Positions 26,084-36,662 are shown, counted from the stretch's first letter. The stretch is 64,000 nucleotides of DNA from an uncultured bacterium (GCA_963780225.1 CAWAAX010000004.1:128001-192000), one strand, 5' to 3'. Notes: generated from the letters alone by a model not told the origin. Numbers and translations: made by a program.

Positions 26084-26623
26084 ATGGCGCGTTTAAAAGA
26101 AAAATACCAAAAGGAAGTTAAGCCGGCCCTGATCAAGAAATTCGGCTACAAGAGCCCGATGCAGGCTCCGGCCCTTTCCAAGATCGTGGTCAACATGGGC
26201 CTGGGCGAGGGCATCCTGGACCCCAAAATAGTGGAGGCTGCGGCCAAGGACCTGGGGACCATCACCGGGCAGAAGCCCTCCATCCGCAAATCCAAGAAAT
26301 CCATTGCCAACTTCAAGCTGCGGGCCGGCCTGGCCATCGGGGCCATGGTCACCCTGCGGGGCGACACCATGTACGAGTTCTTTGACCGGATGGTCAATGT
26401 GGCCATGCCCCGGATCCGCGATTTCAAGGGGATGCCGGCCAAATCCTTCGATGGCCGGGGGAACTACACCATGGGCATCAAGGAACAGATCATCTTTCCC
26501 GAGATCAACTACGACAAGATATCCAAGATAGTGGGCATGGACATCACCTTTGTGACCACCGCCAAAAGCGACGAAGAGGGCAAGGAACTGCTGAGCCTGA
26601 TGGGAATGCCTTTCCAGAAATAA
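26084..26623 (+). CDS. rplE: 50S ribosomal protein L5
   Basis: ITGQKP, FDGRGNY. Confidence 0.99.
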   Translation: MARLKEKYQKEVKPALIKKFGYKSPMQAPALSKIVVNMGLGEGILDPKIVEAAAKDLGTITGQKPSIRKSKKSIANFKLRAGLAIGAMVTLRGDTMYEFFDRMVNVAMPRIRDFKGMPAKSFDGRGNYTMGIKEQIIFPEINYDKISKIVGMDITFVTTAKSDEEGKELLSLMGMPFQK

Positions 26624-26667
26624 GCATCAAGTCCAATATTTTTTAACAAAAAGGATATTCAAGTTCT

Positions 26668-26850
26668 ATGGCCAGAAAGGCGATGATTCAAAAGGCTGAA
26701 CGGCCGAAGTTCAAAGTCCGGCACCACAGCCGGTGCCGCCGCTGCGGAAGGTCACGGGCGTTCTACCGGGACTTCGGCATCTGCCGGATTTGCCTGCGGG
26801 AAATGACACTCAGGGGCGAGATCCCCGGAATGGTCAAGGCCAGCTGGTAG
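26668..26850 (+). CDS. rpsN: 30S ribosomal protein S14, zinc-binding (type Z)
   Basis: CRRCGR...CRIC. Confidence 0.97.
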   Translation: MARKAMIQKAERPKFKVRHHSRCRRCGRSRAFYRDFGICRICLREMTLRGEIPGMVKASW

Positions 26851-26915
26851 GGATCAAAATTGGTCCTTAAGCCGTTACCAAGATTTACAAGAGCATTTTT
26901 AGGAGATAATACAAG

Positions 26916-27314
26916 ATGTCGATGACCGATCCCATTGCCGATATGCTGACCAGGATCCGCAATGCCGGGAAAGCCAAGATGAAGAGGACGGATATACCGG
27001 CCTCCAAAATGAAGCTGGCGATCACCAAGATCCTTTTGCGGGAGCGCCTGATCGCCAATTTCAAGTACATCGCCGACGGCAAGCAGAACGTGATCCGCGC
27101 TTACCTGCGCTACGATGATGAGGGAAAGCATTTGATCAAGGGCCTGGTGCGCCGCAGCACCCCGGGCTTAAGGGTCTACGCCCCCAAGGACAAGCTGCCC
27201 CGGGTCCGCAGCGGAATGGGGCTGGCCATCATCTCCACCTCCAAGGGCCTGATGACCGACCGGGAGGCCCGCAAGAACAAGCTGGGCGGCGAGGTGGTCT
27301 GCTACCTGTGGTAA
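26916..27314 (+). CDS. rpsH: 30S ribosomal protein S8
   Basis: DPIADMLTRIRN, STSKG. Confidence 0.99.
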   Translation: MSMTDPIADMLTRIRNAGKAKMKRTDIPASKMKLAITKILLRERLIANFKYIADGKQNVIRAYLRYDDEGKHLIKGLVRRSTPGLRVYAPKDKLPRVRSGMGLAIISTSKGLMTDREARKNKLGGEVVCYLW

Positions 27315-27372
27315 ATAACCTACCTGGTTTCTTAATAAGTTTTATCTACATTGAGTTAAGGAGATATATAAA

Positions 27373-27957
27373 GTGTCGCGGATAGGCAGAAAGCCAATAG
27401 AGATCCCCCAGGGGGTAAAGACCGAAGTGTCCGGCCAGAAGGTAAAGGTGACCGGGCCCAAGGGAACCCTGGAGCTGGAGATCCATCCCAACATGAAGCT
27501 GGAGCTCAAGGACGGCGTCCTGACCGTGATCCGGCCCTCGGACGAGAAGTTCGACCGGTCCCTGCACGGCCTGACCCGGGCCCTGGTGTTCAACGCGGTC
27601 ACCGGGGTCAGCCAGGGTTTCACCAAGGTGCTTCAGATCTACGGCATCGGGTACAAGGCCATCAAGGAGCCCAAGGGCCTGACCCTGAACCTGGGATTTT
27701 CCCACCCCATCAACCTGGAGGCCCCCAAGGGCATCGAGTTCGACATCACCGATGAGCCGGGCCTGAAGGTGCTGGACAAGACCTACCAGAGCAGCCTGGT
27801 GGTCAAGGGCATAGACAAGCAGCTGGTGGGCGAAGTGGCCGCCACCATCAGACGATTCCGCCGGCCGGAGCCGTACCAAGGCAAGGGCATCCGCTACCAG
27901 GGCGAGCACATCCGGCGCAAGGCCGGCAAGACCGCGGCCGGAGCAGCCGGGTCCTGA
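27373..27957 (+). CDS. rplF: 50S ribosomal protein L6
   Basis: [17 protein letters not shown]. Confidence 0.99.
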   Translation: MSRIGRKPIEIPQGVKTEVSGQKVKVTGPKGTLELEIHPNMKLELKDGVLTVIRPSDEKFDRSLHGLTRALVFNAVTGVSQGFTKVLQIYGIGYKAIKEPKGLTLNLGFSHPINLEAPKGIEFDITDEPGLKVLDKTYQSSLVVKGIDKQLVGEVAATIRRFRRPEPYQGKGIRYQGEHIRRKAGKTAAGAAGS

Positions 27958-28016
27958 TAAAGGTCGAACCAATCCCGGGAAATATTTTCATAAAAGCAAA
28001 AATAGGTATTATACAA

Positions 28017-28370
28017 ATGGCAGACAAGGCAAAAGAAATAAGAGACGCCCGCCTCAGGCGGCATGTACGGATCCGGCGCAAGGTTCAGGGCACGCCCGAA
28101 CGGCCCCGGCTCTGCGTCTTCCGCAGCAACAAGTTCATTTATGCCCAGGTGATAGACGACACCAAGCATGCGGTGCTGGCGGCCTCCGGCAAGATGGAGG
28201 GCCTGGAAAAAGGCAAGCTGGCCCAGAGCAAGCAGGTGGGCAAAAAGATCGCCCAGCTGGCTTTGGCCAAGGGCATCAAGCAGGTGGTGTTCGACCGGGG
28301 CGGATACATTTATCACGGCAGGATCAAGGCGCTGGCCGAGTCGGCCAGAGAAGCCGGGTTGCAATTCTAA
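28017..28370 (+). CDS. rplR: 50S ribosomal protein L18
   Basis: [20 protein letters not shown]. Confidence 0.99.
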   Translation: MADKAKEIRDARLRRHVRIRRKVQGTPERPRLCVFRSNKFIYAQVIDDTKHAVLAASGKMEGLEKGKLAQSKQVGKKIAQLALAKGIKQVVFDRGGYIYHGRIKALAESAREAGLQF

Positions 28371-28394
28371 AAAATATTTGGGAGATTAAGACCA

Positions 28395-28979
28395 GTGGCA
28401 AGGATCAACTTGAATGGTTTGGGCGAGCTCAAGGAGCAGGTGGTCCATATCAACCGGGTGGCCAAGGTGGTAAAGGGCGGCAAGCGCTTCGGTTTTACCG
28501 CGTTGGTGACGGTGGGTGATGGAAACGGTCATGTGGGGATCGGCAAGGGAAAGGCCCGCGAAGTTTCCGAGGCCATCCGCAAGGCCAATGAGGACGCCAA
28601 GAAAAGCCTTAAAAAATATTCGGTGGTCGACGGCAAGATTCCCTACATGGTGATGGGCAAATACGGCGCCAGCGAAGTGGTCTTAAGGCCGGCCGCCACC
28701 GGAACCGGCGTGATCGCCGGCAACGTAGTGCGCTCGGTGCTGGAGGTCTGCGGCGTCACCGACATCCTGACCAAGAGCCTGGGCTCCAACAATCCCCACA
28801 ATCTTTTAAAGGCCACCATCGACGGGCTGTCCCAGCTGCGCCAGCCGGCCGAGATCATGGAAGAGCGCAACCGGGGCAAGGCCGGCGCCGTCCCAGCTGC
28901 GGCCCCCGAGGCCAAACCGCAGGCGGCCGAAGAGCCGAAACCGGAAGCCCCGGCCGCAGAAACACCGGCCGCAGTCTGA
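28395..28979 (+). CDS. rpsE: 30S ribosomal protein S5 with an Ala/Pro/Glu tail
   Basis: [12 protein letters not shown]. Confidence 0.99.
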   Translation: MARINLNGLGELKEQVVHINRVAKVVKGGKRFGFTALVTVGDGNGHVGIGKGKAREVSEAIRKANEDAKKSLKKYSVVDGKIPYMVMGKYGASEVVLRPAATGTGVIAGNVVRSVLEVCGVTDILTKSLGSNNPHNLLKATIDGLSQLRQPAEIMEERNRGKAGAVPAAAPEAKPQAAEEPKPEAPAAETPAAV

Positions 28980-29044
28980 CCGCGCGGCAGTCTTAAGCCA
29001 ACAGTCTTTCATCATACCGCATACCGCCATAAAGGAAAATTAAC

Positions 29045-29251
29045 GTGCCCAAAAAAATATTACGAATAACTCAGGTGCACTCCACCATCGACCGGACCGA
29101 AGTCCAGTACCGGACCATCAAGGCTTTGGGTATCCGCAAGCTTTATCACACGGTGGAGAAGACCGACACTCCGCAGATCCGGGGGATGGTAAAAAAGGTG
29201 GAGCATTTGCTAAAAGTTGAGGAGATTCAAGAAGGAGGCAGCCGCAAATGA
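29045..29251 (+). CDS. rpmD: 50S ribosomal protein L30
   Basis: ALGIRK...TPQIRGM. Confidence 0.95.
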   Translation: MPKKILRITQVHSTIDRTEVQYRTIKALGIRKLYHTVEKTDTPQIRGMVKKVEHLLKVEEIQEGGSRK

Positions 29252-29715
29252 AACTGGATCAGATCAAGCCCAACAAGGGATCGGTCAAAAAAGCCAAGCG
29301 GAGAGGCTGCGGCACCGGGTCGGGCCACGGCGGCACTTCCACCAAGGGCCACAAGGGCCAGAAATCACGGGCCGGCTCCGGGGCCAGGGTCCCCTCCTGG
29401 TTCGAGGGCGGCCAGATGCCGTTGCAGCGCCGCCTGCCCAAGCGCGGCTTCACGGCTTTCGACAAGAAGACATTCCAGGTGGTAAACCTGACGGCGCTGG
29501 AGACCCAGGAAAAAGAGGTCACCCCCGAATCCATGTTCACCCTGGGCCTGGTCCGGAAGAAGAACCAGCCGGTCAAGATCCTGGGCAAGGGAGAACTCAA
29601 GAAAGCGCTGACGGTGAAAGCCCATGCCTTTTCGGCCTCGGCCCAGAAGTCCATCGAGGCCGCCGGGGGAAAGATCGAAGTGCTGAAAGTGCTCAGCAGC
29701 CACCGGACCGAATAA
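29248..29715 (+). CDS. rplO: 50S ribosomal protein L15
   Basis: GHKGQKSR, FEGGQMPL. Confidence 0.99.
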   Translation: MKLDQIKPNKGSVKKAKRRGCGTGSGHGGTSTKGHKGQKSRAGSGARVPSWFEGGQMPLQRRLPKRGFTAFDKKTFQVVNLTALETQEKEVTPESMFTLGLVRKKNQPVKILGKGELKKALTVKAHAFSASAQKSIEAAGGKIEVLKVLSSHRTE

Positions 29716-29736
29716 AAGACTATAATTTAAATTTGG

Positions 29737-31060
29737 ATGCTGACGATGTGGGAGAAAATCCAGAATATATTCCGGATCCCTGAACTGAGGCGGAGGATAC
29801 TCTTTACCCTGGGGATACTGGTGGTCTACCGGATCGGGGGGCATCTGCCCACCGCCGGGATTGACACCCAGGCCCTGGCCGAGTTCTTCCGGGCCCAGCG
29901 GGGCACCCTGTTCTCGATGTACGATCTGTTCGTGGGCGGCAACCTCTCCCGGGCCACCATCTTTGCCCTGGGGATCATGCCCTACATTTCGGCCTCCATC
30001 ATCATGCAGCTTTTGGGCGCGGTGATCCCGTTCCTGGAAAAACTGCAGAAGGAAGGCGAGCAGGGCCGCAAGAAGATCACCCAGTACACCCGCTATGCCA
30101 CCGTGGTGCTGGCCCTGTTCCAGTCCTACGGCATCTCCATATTCCTGGAATCCCTGGCCCCCAACGGCCTGGCGGTGGTGCCCAATCCCGGCTTCGGGTT
30201 CCGGATCCTGACCATGATCACCATGACCGCCGGCACCATCTTCGTGATGTGGCTGGGGGAAAAGATAACCGAGTTCGGCATCGGCAACGGCATCTCCATG
30301 ATCATCTTCGTGGGCTGCCTGGACAACATTCCCGGCAACGTGATCAGCACCTATCACTTCTTTCCGGGGCGGCGAGCTCAACATCCTGGTGCTGGCCTTC
30401 ATCGCCCTTCTGATGGTGGGGGTCACCGCCATCGTGGTGCTGATGACCCAGGGTTCCCGCAAGATCCCGGTGCAGTACGCCAAGAGGATAGTGGGCCGCA
30501 AGGTCTACGGCGGCCAGAGCACCTACATCCCGCTGGGCTTCAACACCGCCGGTGTCATCCCGATCATCTTCGCCCAGAGCGTGCTGGCCTTTCCCATGAC
30601 CATCGTCACCTACATCAAGGCCGACTGGGCCCAGGGCCTGGCCGGGCTGTTCGCCACCGGCTCCTGGCTCTACAATCTGCTCTACGCCTTTCTGATCATC
30701 GCCTTCGCTTATTTTTACACCGCCATCGTCATCAATCCGGCCGACCTGGCCGACAACATGAAGAAGTACGGCGGGTTCATTCCCGGGATCAGGCCCGGCA
30801 CCAAGACCGCGGAATACATCGAGCGGATCCTGACCCACATCACCCTGCCCGGCGCGGTGTTTTATGCGGCCATCGCCATCCTGCCCACCTTCCTGATGAG
30901 GGCCTTTCACGTTCCGTTCTACTTCGGCGGCACCACCCTGCTGATCATCGTGGGCGTGGCCCTGGACACCCTGCAGCAGATAGAATCCCATTTGCTGATG
31001 CGCCATTACGAGGGCTTCATCAAAAAGGGAAAGATCTCGGGCCGGACCGGGCGGATGTAA
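29737..31060 (+). CDS. secY: preprotein translocase SecY (one frameshift near 30361, probable sequence error)
   Basis: ALGIMPYISASII and GIGNGIS in the first frame; GGFIPGIRPG and GGTTLLIIVGV in the second; one extra base in TTCTTTCCGGGG. Confidence 0.96.
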
Positions 31061-31184
31061 TTGCTGGTCCCGAGAAAATGAATTTATAAGGAAGCCAGGA
31101 AAACAGGAAAATATATTGGTTAGCTGGCGTTGATTACAGGAGCTATTGTTTTCTTTAACCCCCGGCGAAAGTTGTGATGCTAAT

Positions 31185-31835
31185 ATGAGACTGGTCCTTT
31201 TAGGCGCCCCCGGTTCCGGCAAGGGAACCCAGGCCAAGCAGATCTGCCAGAAATTCGGCCTGCCCCACATTTCCACCGGCGACATCCTGCGGCAGGCGGT
31301 CAAGGACGGAACCCCGCTGGGCCTGAAAGCCAAGGGGTTCATGGACCGGGGAGAACTGGTTCCCGACCACCTGATCCTGGACCTGATCAAAGAGCGCTTC
31401 AAGTCACCGGATGCCCAACAGGGATTTTTGCTGGACGGTTTTCCCCGGACGGTGGCCCAGGCCCAGGGCTTGGAAGACTCTCTGACACAGCAGAACCTGA
31501 AGATTGATATAGCTTGTTCTTTAAATGTGGAGCGGGAGGAGCTGATAAAACGGCTGACCTCCAGAAGGATCTGCTCCGGCTGCGGGGCCATCTATAACCT
31601 GCTCTTCCAGTCCCCCGTAAAAGAAGGGATCTGCGACAAGTGCGGAGGCAAACTGGAGCAAAGGGTGGACGACCAGCGACAGACCGCGGAGAACCGGCTG
31701 GAAGTGTATCTTAAGCAGACCCAGCCCCTGCTGGAGTACTACGACTCCCGGAAACTGCTCAAGCAAATAGACGGCAATGCCGCGCCCGGCAAAGTATTTC
31801 AGGATGTCAGCGCCGTGCTGCAGGAATATAAATGA
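31185..31835 (+). CDS. adk: adenylate kinase with a zinc lid
   Basis: GAPGSGKGTQA, LDGFPRT, CSGC...CDKC. Confidence 0.98.
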   Translation: MRLVLLGAPGSGKGTQAKQICQKFGLPHISTGDILRQAVKDGTPLGLKAKGFMDRGELVPDHLILDLIKERFKSPDAQQGFLLDGFPRTVAQAQGLEDSLTQQNLKIDIACSLNVEREELIKRLTSRRICSGCGAIYNLLFQSPVKEGICDKCGGKLEQRVDDQRQTAENRLEVYLKQTQPLLEYYDSRKLLKQIDGNAAPGKVFQDVSAVLQEYK

Positions 31836-32581
31836 TCGCCATCCGCCAGGCTTGGGAGATCGAGCGGATCAGGTCGGCCGGACAGGTGATCGCCGGTCTT
31901 TGGAAGGTTCTGGGCCCCAAGGTCAGACCGGGAACGGCCACCTCCGAGCTGGACAAACTGGCCTACGACTTCATAATCGACAACCAGGCGGCGCCGGCCT
32001 TCAAAGGCTACCGGGGCTATCCCGCCACCCTCTGCATTTCCATCAACCACGAAGTGGTGCACGGCATACCGAGGCCGGAACGGATCCTGCGGGAGGGCGA
32101 CCTGGTGGGGATAGACGTGGGAACCTCAAAGAACGGGTACATCGCCGATGCCGCCCGCAGTTATTATGTCGGCGGGGCCCCTTCCCCGGAGATCCTAAAA
32201 CTCCTGGCCACCACCAAGCAGGCCCTGGAACTGGGCATCCAAAGCGCCCGTCCCGGCTCCAAGGTCAGCGACATCTCCCGGGCCGTTCAGCAGGCGGCGG
32301 AGTCCGCCGGTTTTTCCGTGGTGCGCGACCTGTGCGGCCACGGGGTGGGCCAGAAACTGCACGAAGAGCCGGAGATACCGAATTACGTCAAATCCGGTTC
32401 CAGCCCGGCGCTGGCTGAGGGAATGGTGCTGGCCATAGAGCCGATGATCAACGCCGGAGGCCACCAGGTAAAGTTCCTGTCCGACGGCTGGACAGTGGTC
32501 ACCGCCGATTCCAGCCTCTCCGCCCATTTCGAGGACACGGTGGTGGTCACCGCCGGCCAACCGCTGATAGTAACCCGGTAA
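31832..32581 (+). CDS. map: methionine aminopeptidase type I
   Basis: VVHGIP, GHGVG..LHEEP, AIEPM, AHFE. Confidence 0.98.
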   Translation: MIAIRQAWEIERIRSAGQVIAGLWKVLGPKVRPGTATSELDKLAYDFIIDNQAAPAFKGYRGYPATLCISINHEVVHGIPRPERILREGDLVGIDVGTSKNGYIADAARSYYVGGAPSPEILKLLATTKQALELGIQSARPGSKVSDISRAVQQAAESAGFSVVRDLCGHGVGQKLHEEPEIPNYVKSGSSPALAEGMVLAIEPMINAGGHQVKFLSDGWTVVTADSSLSAHFEDTVVVTAGQPLIVTR

Positions 32582-32613
32582 TATAAACTCCAACAATTAA
32601 GATCCGATAAAAA

Positions 32614-32832
32614 ATGGCCAAACAAGAGGGGATACAGGTCGAAGGGACCGTGCTGGAAAACCTTCCCAATGCCACCTTCCGGGTGGAGCTTCCCAACGGC
32701 CATAAGATCCTGGCCCATATCTCGGGCAAGATGAGGATGCACTTCATCAAGATCCTGCCCGGAGACAAGGTGACCCTGGAGCTGTCTCCCTACGACCTGA
32801 CCCGGGGCCGGATCATATACCGCTTCAAGTAA
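32614..32832 (+). CDS. infA: translation initiation factor IF-1
   Basis: [16 protein letters not shown]. Confidence 0.99.
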   Translation: MAKQEGIQVEGTVLENLPNATFRVELPNGHKILAHISGKMRMHFIKILPGDKVTLELSPYDLTRGRIIYRFK

Positions 32833-33019
32833 CATGAAATTTTATTGACCTCACAATTGCTTATAAGGCCGCCAAGAACACCAAGGAATTGAATTAAAAT
32901 ATTTCCCCTGTGAACTTTGTGTCTTGGTGTGAATAATATATACAAAGTCTCCATGTACGTTGCCAAGTTAGCCTGAATAGCAATAAATGAAATCTATAAA
33001 AACTTAAGGATATATTCCC

Positions 33020-33133
33020 ATGAAAGTCAAGGCATCGGTCAAGGTGATCTGCGAGCACTGCAAGCTGATCAAGCGCAAGGGCGTGCTGCGGGTGGTCTGC
33101 AAGAACCCCCGCCACAAACAGCGCCAGGGTTAA
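33020..33133 (+). CDS. rpmJ: 50S ribosomal protein L36, Zn-binding form (not in the ORF track)
   Basis: [37 protein letters not shown] read by hand. Confidence 0.98.
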   Translation: MKVKASVKVICEHCKLIKRKGVLRVVCKNPRHKQRQG

Positions 33134-33185
33134 ACCCGTTCCCAAGCCAATCAATTACACAGTTATTTTTAAGAGAGGATAAAAA

Positions 33186-33569
33186 GTGGCCAGAATCGCT
33201 GGTGTGGATTTACCCCGGGAGAAAAGGGTGGAGATAGGCCTGACCTATATCTTCGGCCTGGGCCGGAGTTCGGCCAAAAAGATACTGATGTTGGCCAAGG
33301 TGGACCCCAACAAACGGGTCAAGGACCTAAGCGACGACGAAGTGGGCCGCCTGCGCAGCATCATCGAACAGGAGTTCAAGGTGGAGGGCAACAAGCGGAC
33401 CGAGGTCAGCCTGGCCATCAAGCGTCTGGTGGAGATCGGCAGCTACCGGGGGGTCAGGCACCGCAAGGGCCTGCCGGTGCGGGGCCAGCGCACCAAGACC
33501 AACGCCCGCACCCGCAAGGGACCGCGCAAGGGCGCCATCGTCAAGAAAAAAGCCCCCGGCAAGAAGTAG
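33186..33569 (+). CDS. rpsM: 30S ribosomal protein S13
   Basis: [14 protein letters not shown]. Confidence 0.99.
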   Translation: MARIAGVDLPREKRVEIGLTYIFGLGRSSAKKILMLAKVDPNKRVKDLSDDEVGRLRSIIEQEFKVEGNKRTEVSLAIKRLVEIGSYRGVRHRKGLPVRGQRTKTNARTRKGPRKGAIVKKKAPGKK

Positions 33570-33675
33570 CCCAAACCCCGGTTGCCGCCTTAAAGCGGAC
33601 CGGTCAAAAGAAATGCTCCCGGTCCCCGCAATAGGGGCCGGCCAGAGATAAAAGATTTTACCGAAAAGAGGGAAA

Positions 33676-34065
33676 ATGGCGGAAGAGAAAAAGCAGGTCA
33701 AGAAAAAAGAAAAGAAGATCGAATCTTCAGGCATCGCCCACATCCAGGCCACCTTCAACAACACCATCGTCACCATCACCGACAAGAGCGGCAACGTCAT
33801 CTCCTGGGCCTCGTCGGGGAAGGCCGGATTCAAGGGCTCGCGCAAATCAACCCCCTTCGCCGCCCAGATGGCGGCCGAGAACTGCGCCAAGACCGCGGTC
33901 TCGCTGGGGATGCAGCGGGTGGAGGCCTGGGTCAAGGGCCCGGGCGGCGGACGGGAATCCGCCATCAGGTCGCTCCAGTCCTCGGGCCTGGCCGTGACCG
34001 TGATCCGCGACGTGACCCCGGTGCCCCACAACGGCTGCCGGGCCCCCAAGAAGCGCCGGGTCTAA
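33676..34065 (+). CDS. rpsK: 30S ribosomal protein S11
   Basis: [19 protein letters not shown]. Confidence 0.99.
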   Translation: MAEEKKQVKKKEKKIESSGIAHIQATFNNTIVTITDKSGNVISWASSGKAGFKGSRKSTPFAAQMAAENCAKTAVSLGMQRVEAWVKGPGGGRESAIRSLQSSGLAVTVIRDVTPVPHNGCRAPKKRRV

Positions 34066-34132
34066 ACCAGGGCCAATGCCAACCGGGAACAGACATTCGG
34101 AAAGTAATTTTTTAGGAGGTTTTTAAATATAA

Positions 34133-34762
34133 ATGGCAAGATATACCGCTGCCAGGTGTAAGTTGTGCCGCCGCGAGGGAGCCAAGCTGTTCCTAAAGGG
34201 CGAAAGATGCAACACCAAGAACTGCGCCTTTGACAAGAGGCCCTATGCCCCGGGCGAGCACGGCAAGGACCGGATGCGCAAGCCCACCGGCTACGCCATC
34301 CACCTGAGGGAAAAACAGAAGGTCCGCCGGATCTACGGCATCCTGGAACGCCAGTTCCGCAACTATTTCGAGAAGGCCTCCAGCATGAAGGGGGTCACCG
34401 GCGAGAACCTGCTGTCCCTGCTGGAACGCCGGCTGGACAACATCGTCTTCCGGATGGGGCTGGCCCCATCCCGCTCGGCCGCCCGCCAGCTGGTCAATCA
34501 CGGGCATTTTCTGGTCAACGACAAGGTCGTCAATATTCCATCCATCCTGCTGCGCCCCGGCGACACCATCGAGGTCAAAACCAAGAGCAAGGACAATGTG
34601 ATCATTGCCGGCGCCCTGGAAGCGACCAAAGGGCGGACCCCCGTGCCCTGGCTGGAGCTCAACAAGGAGAAACTCTCGGGCAAGCTGGTCAACATCCCCA
34701 CCAGGGACAGCATCGGGATGCAGATCAACGAACAGCTGATCGTGGAGTTGTACTCCAAGTAA
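34133..34762 (+). CDS. rpsD: 30S ribosomal protein S4, zinc type
   Basis: CKLCRREG, LERRLDN, ELYSK. Confidence 0.99.
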   Translation: MARYTAARCKLCRREGAKLFLKGERCNTKNCAFDKRPYAPGEHGKDRMRKPTGYAIHLREKQKVRRIYGILERQFRNYFEKASSMKGVTGENLLSLLERRLDNIVFRMGLAPSRSAARQLVNHGHFLVNDKVVNIPSILLRPGDTIEVKTKSKDNVIIAGALEATKGRTPVPWLELNKEKLSGKLVNIPTRDSIGMQINEQLIVELYSK

Positions 34763-34906
34763 TGCCGAAAGGATCCTATTTAAAAAGCCGTTATTAACAT
34801 AATACAGCTTTCTTTGACAAGGCTTTAAAAGGGTCCTCATTCGGGAAGCCTCGCTCGGCTCAAGCGGTTTGGGCCGGGTTCAATTTCAAAACTTTTGGAG
34901 GCAATT

Positions 34907-35896
34907 ATGAGATGGAATACCCTGCAGATGCCCAAGAGCATCGTGATAGACGAAGCAACTTACGGACCCAATTACGGTAAATTCATTGCCGAGCCCCTGG
35001 AACGGGGTTACGGACTGACCTTAGGCAACGCCCTGCGCCGGGTGCTGCTGTCATCCATCCCCGGGGCGGCCATCATGGCGGTCAAGATCGAGGGCGTGCT
35101 CCACGAGTTCTCCACCATCCCGGGCGTGGTGGAAGACGTCACCGAGATCATCCTGAACATCAAGAAGATAAAGCTCCGCCTGCATTCCGAACATCCCAAG
35201 GTCCTGTATCTCAAGGCTTCGGGCAAGGGCGAGGTCAAGGCCTCCCAGATAGAATCCGACGCCGAGGTGGAGATCCTGAACCCCGAACAGCACATCGCCA
35301 CCCTTTCCGAGGACGGGGTGTTCAAGCTGGAACTGACCGTGGATCACGGACGGGGCTACGTGCCGGCCGAGGTCTTCCGCAAATCGTTCAACACCATCGG
35401 GCTGATCCCGGTGGACGCCATCTTCTCGCCGGTCTCCCGGGTCAACTTCCTGGTGGAGAACTGCCGGGTGGGCGAGCGCACCGACTACGACCGCCTGATC
35501 CTGGAGGTCCACACCAACGGCTCGGTGAAGCCCGACGTGGCGGTCTCCCAGGCCGCCAAGCTGCTGCGCGACCACCTGACCCTGTTCCGCTCCTTCGGGG
35601 AAGACGGCGAAGAGGGCAAGGTAGAGGGCCTGGACGACGACATGGTGAAGATGCGGGACATGCTGATGAAGCCGGTGGAAGAGCTGGAGCTCTCGGTGCG
35701 GTCGGCCAACTGCCTTAGGGCCAACAACATCTTCACTTTGGGCGACCTGGTGCAGAAGACCGAAAGCGAGATGCTTAAATACCGGAACTTCGGCCGCAAG
35801 TCGCTGGCCGAGCTCTCGGTGATCCTGAAGAACATGAGCCTGACCTTCGGGATGAAGGTGGACCAGTACACCGACGCCAAGAAGAAGAAGGCCTGA
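34907..35896 (+). CDS. rpoA: RNA polymerase alpha subunit
   Basis: EPLERGYGLTLGNALRR, NFGRKSL. Confidence 0.99.
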   Translation: MRWNTLQMPKSIVIDEATYGPNYGKFIAEPLERGYGLTLGNALRRVLLSSIPGAAIMAVKIEGVLHEFSTIPGVVEDVTEIILNIKKIKLRLHSEHPKVLYLKASGKGEVKASQIESDAEVEILNPEQHIATLSEDGVFKLELTVDHGRGYVPAEVFRKSFNTIGLIPVDAIFSPVSRVNFLVENCRVGERTDYDRLILEVHTNGSVKPDVAVSQAAKLLRDHLTLFRSFGEDGEEGKVEGLDDDMVKMRDMLMKPVEELELSVRSANCLRANNIFTLGDLVQKTESEMLKYRNFGRKSLAELSVILKNMSLTFGMKVDQYTDAKKKKA

Positions 35897-35997
35897 TAAA
35901 CTACGGACGGACGGGCATCGGACATTACCGACATTAGTAGACATTGGTTTCTCTGGTTAAAGATAGAACTAAAATTTTTGAGATAGGGTAAACATAC

Positions 35998-36600
35998 ATG
36001 CGACACCGCAAAGACACCTTAAAGCTGAGCCGCAGCCATTCCCACCGCCGGGCCCTGATGTCCAATCTGGTGACATCGCTGTTCAAATACGAAAAGATAC
36101 AGACCACCTTCCCCAAGGCCCAGGCCTCCAAGCGGGTGGCCGAGCACCTGATCTCCGTCTCCAAGCAGAACGACCTGGCTGCCATCCGCCAGGTGGGCCG
36201 GGTGGTCAAGGACAAGGATGTCCTGAAGAAGCTGTTCCAGGTGATCATGCCCCGGATGAAGGACAAGAACTCCGGCTTCATCACCGTCACCAAGCTGTGG
36301 CTGCGCAAGGGCGACGCCGCCCTGCTGTGCCTGATGGAGCTCTACGGCGCCCCGGCCAAGGCCAAACTGGTTGAAGGCGAGAAGAAGGAAAAGGAAAAGA
36401 AGGCCCACACGCTTCGGCATGGCTCAGCGCAAGCACCGGCCAAGAAACAACCGGGCAAGAAAGTAAAGACCGAGGGCAAGCCCAAAGAGGAAAAGAAGCC
36501 CGCCTCCGCTAAAGCTTCCGCCTCCGTGAAAACTTCGGCGGACAAGTCTGCGGACAAGCCCGAGAAGAAAACAGAGAAAAAAGCTGAAGTAAAGAAGTAG
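35998..36600 (+). CDS. rplQ: 50S ribosomal protein L17 with a Lys-rich tail containing in-frame palindromic insertions
   Basis: MRHRK..LSR, RKGDAA; tail of about 80 aa. Confidence 0.97.
   Translation: MRHRKDTLKLSRSHSHRRALMSNLVTSLFKYEKIQTTFPKAQASKRVAEHLISVSKQNDLAAIRQVGRVVKDKDVLKKLFQVIMPRMKDKNSGFITVTKLWLRKGDAALLCLMELYGAPAKAKLVEGEKKEKEKKAHTLRHGSAQAPAKKQPGKKVKTEGKPKEEKKPASAKASASVKTSADKSADKPEKKTEKKAEVKK
36500..36559 (+). repeat. two nested 30-nt CCGCC...GGCGGACAAG elements inside rplQ
   Basis: CCGCCTCCGCTAAAGCTT[CCGCCTCCGTGAAAACTTCGGCGGACAAGT]CTGCGGACAAGC. Confidence 0.8.
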
Positions 36601-36621
36601 ACTTTTGGGATGAATTTTACA

Positions 36622-36662
36622 GCGCAAGGTTTAGAAATAAGCCTTGCGCCTTTTTTGTTTTT
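36622..36662 (+). terminator. intrinsic terminator of the alpha operon
   Basis: GCGCAAGG/CCTTGCGC stem followed by T runs. Confidence 0.8.

Noticed and set aside
30355..30372. Programmed frameshift or split secY
   Set aside because: No slippery heptamer plus stimulator; one extra base in a short homopolymer in an assembly with many similar indels
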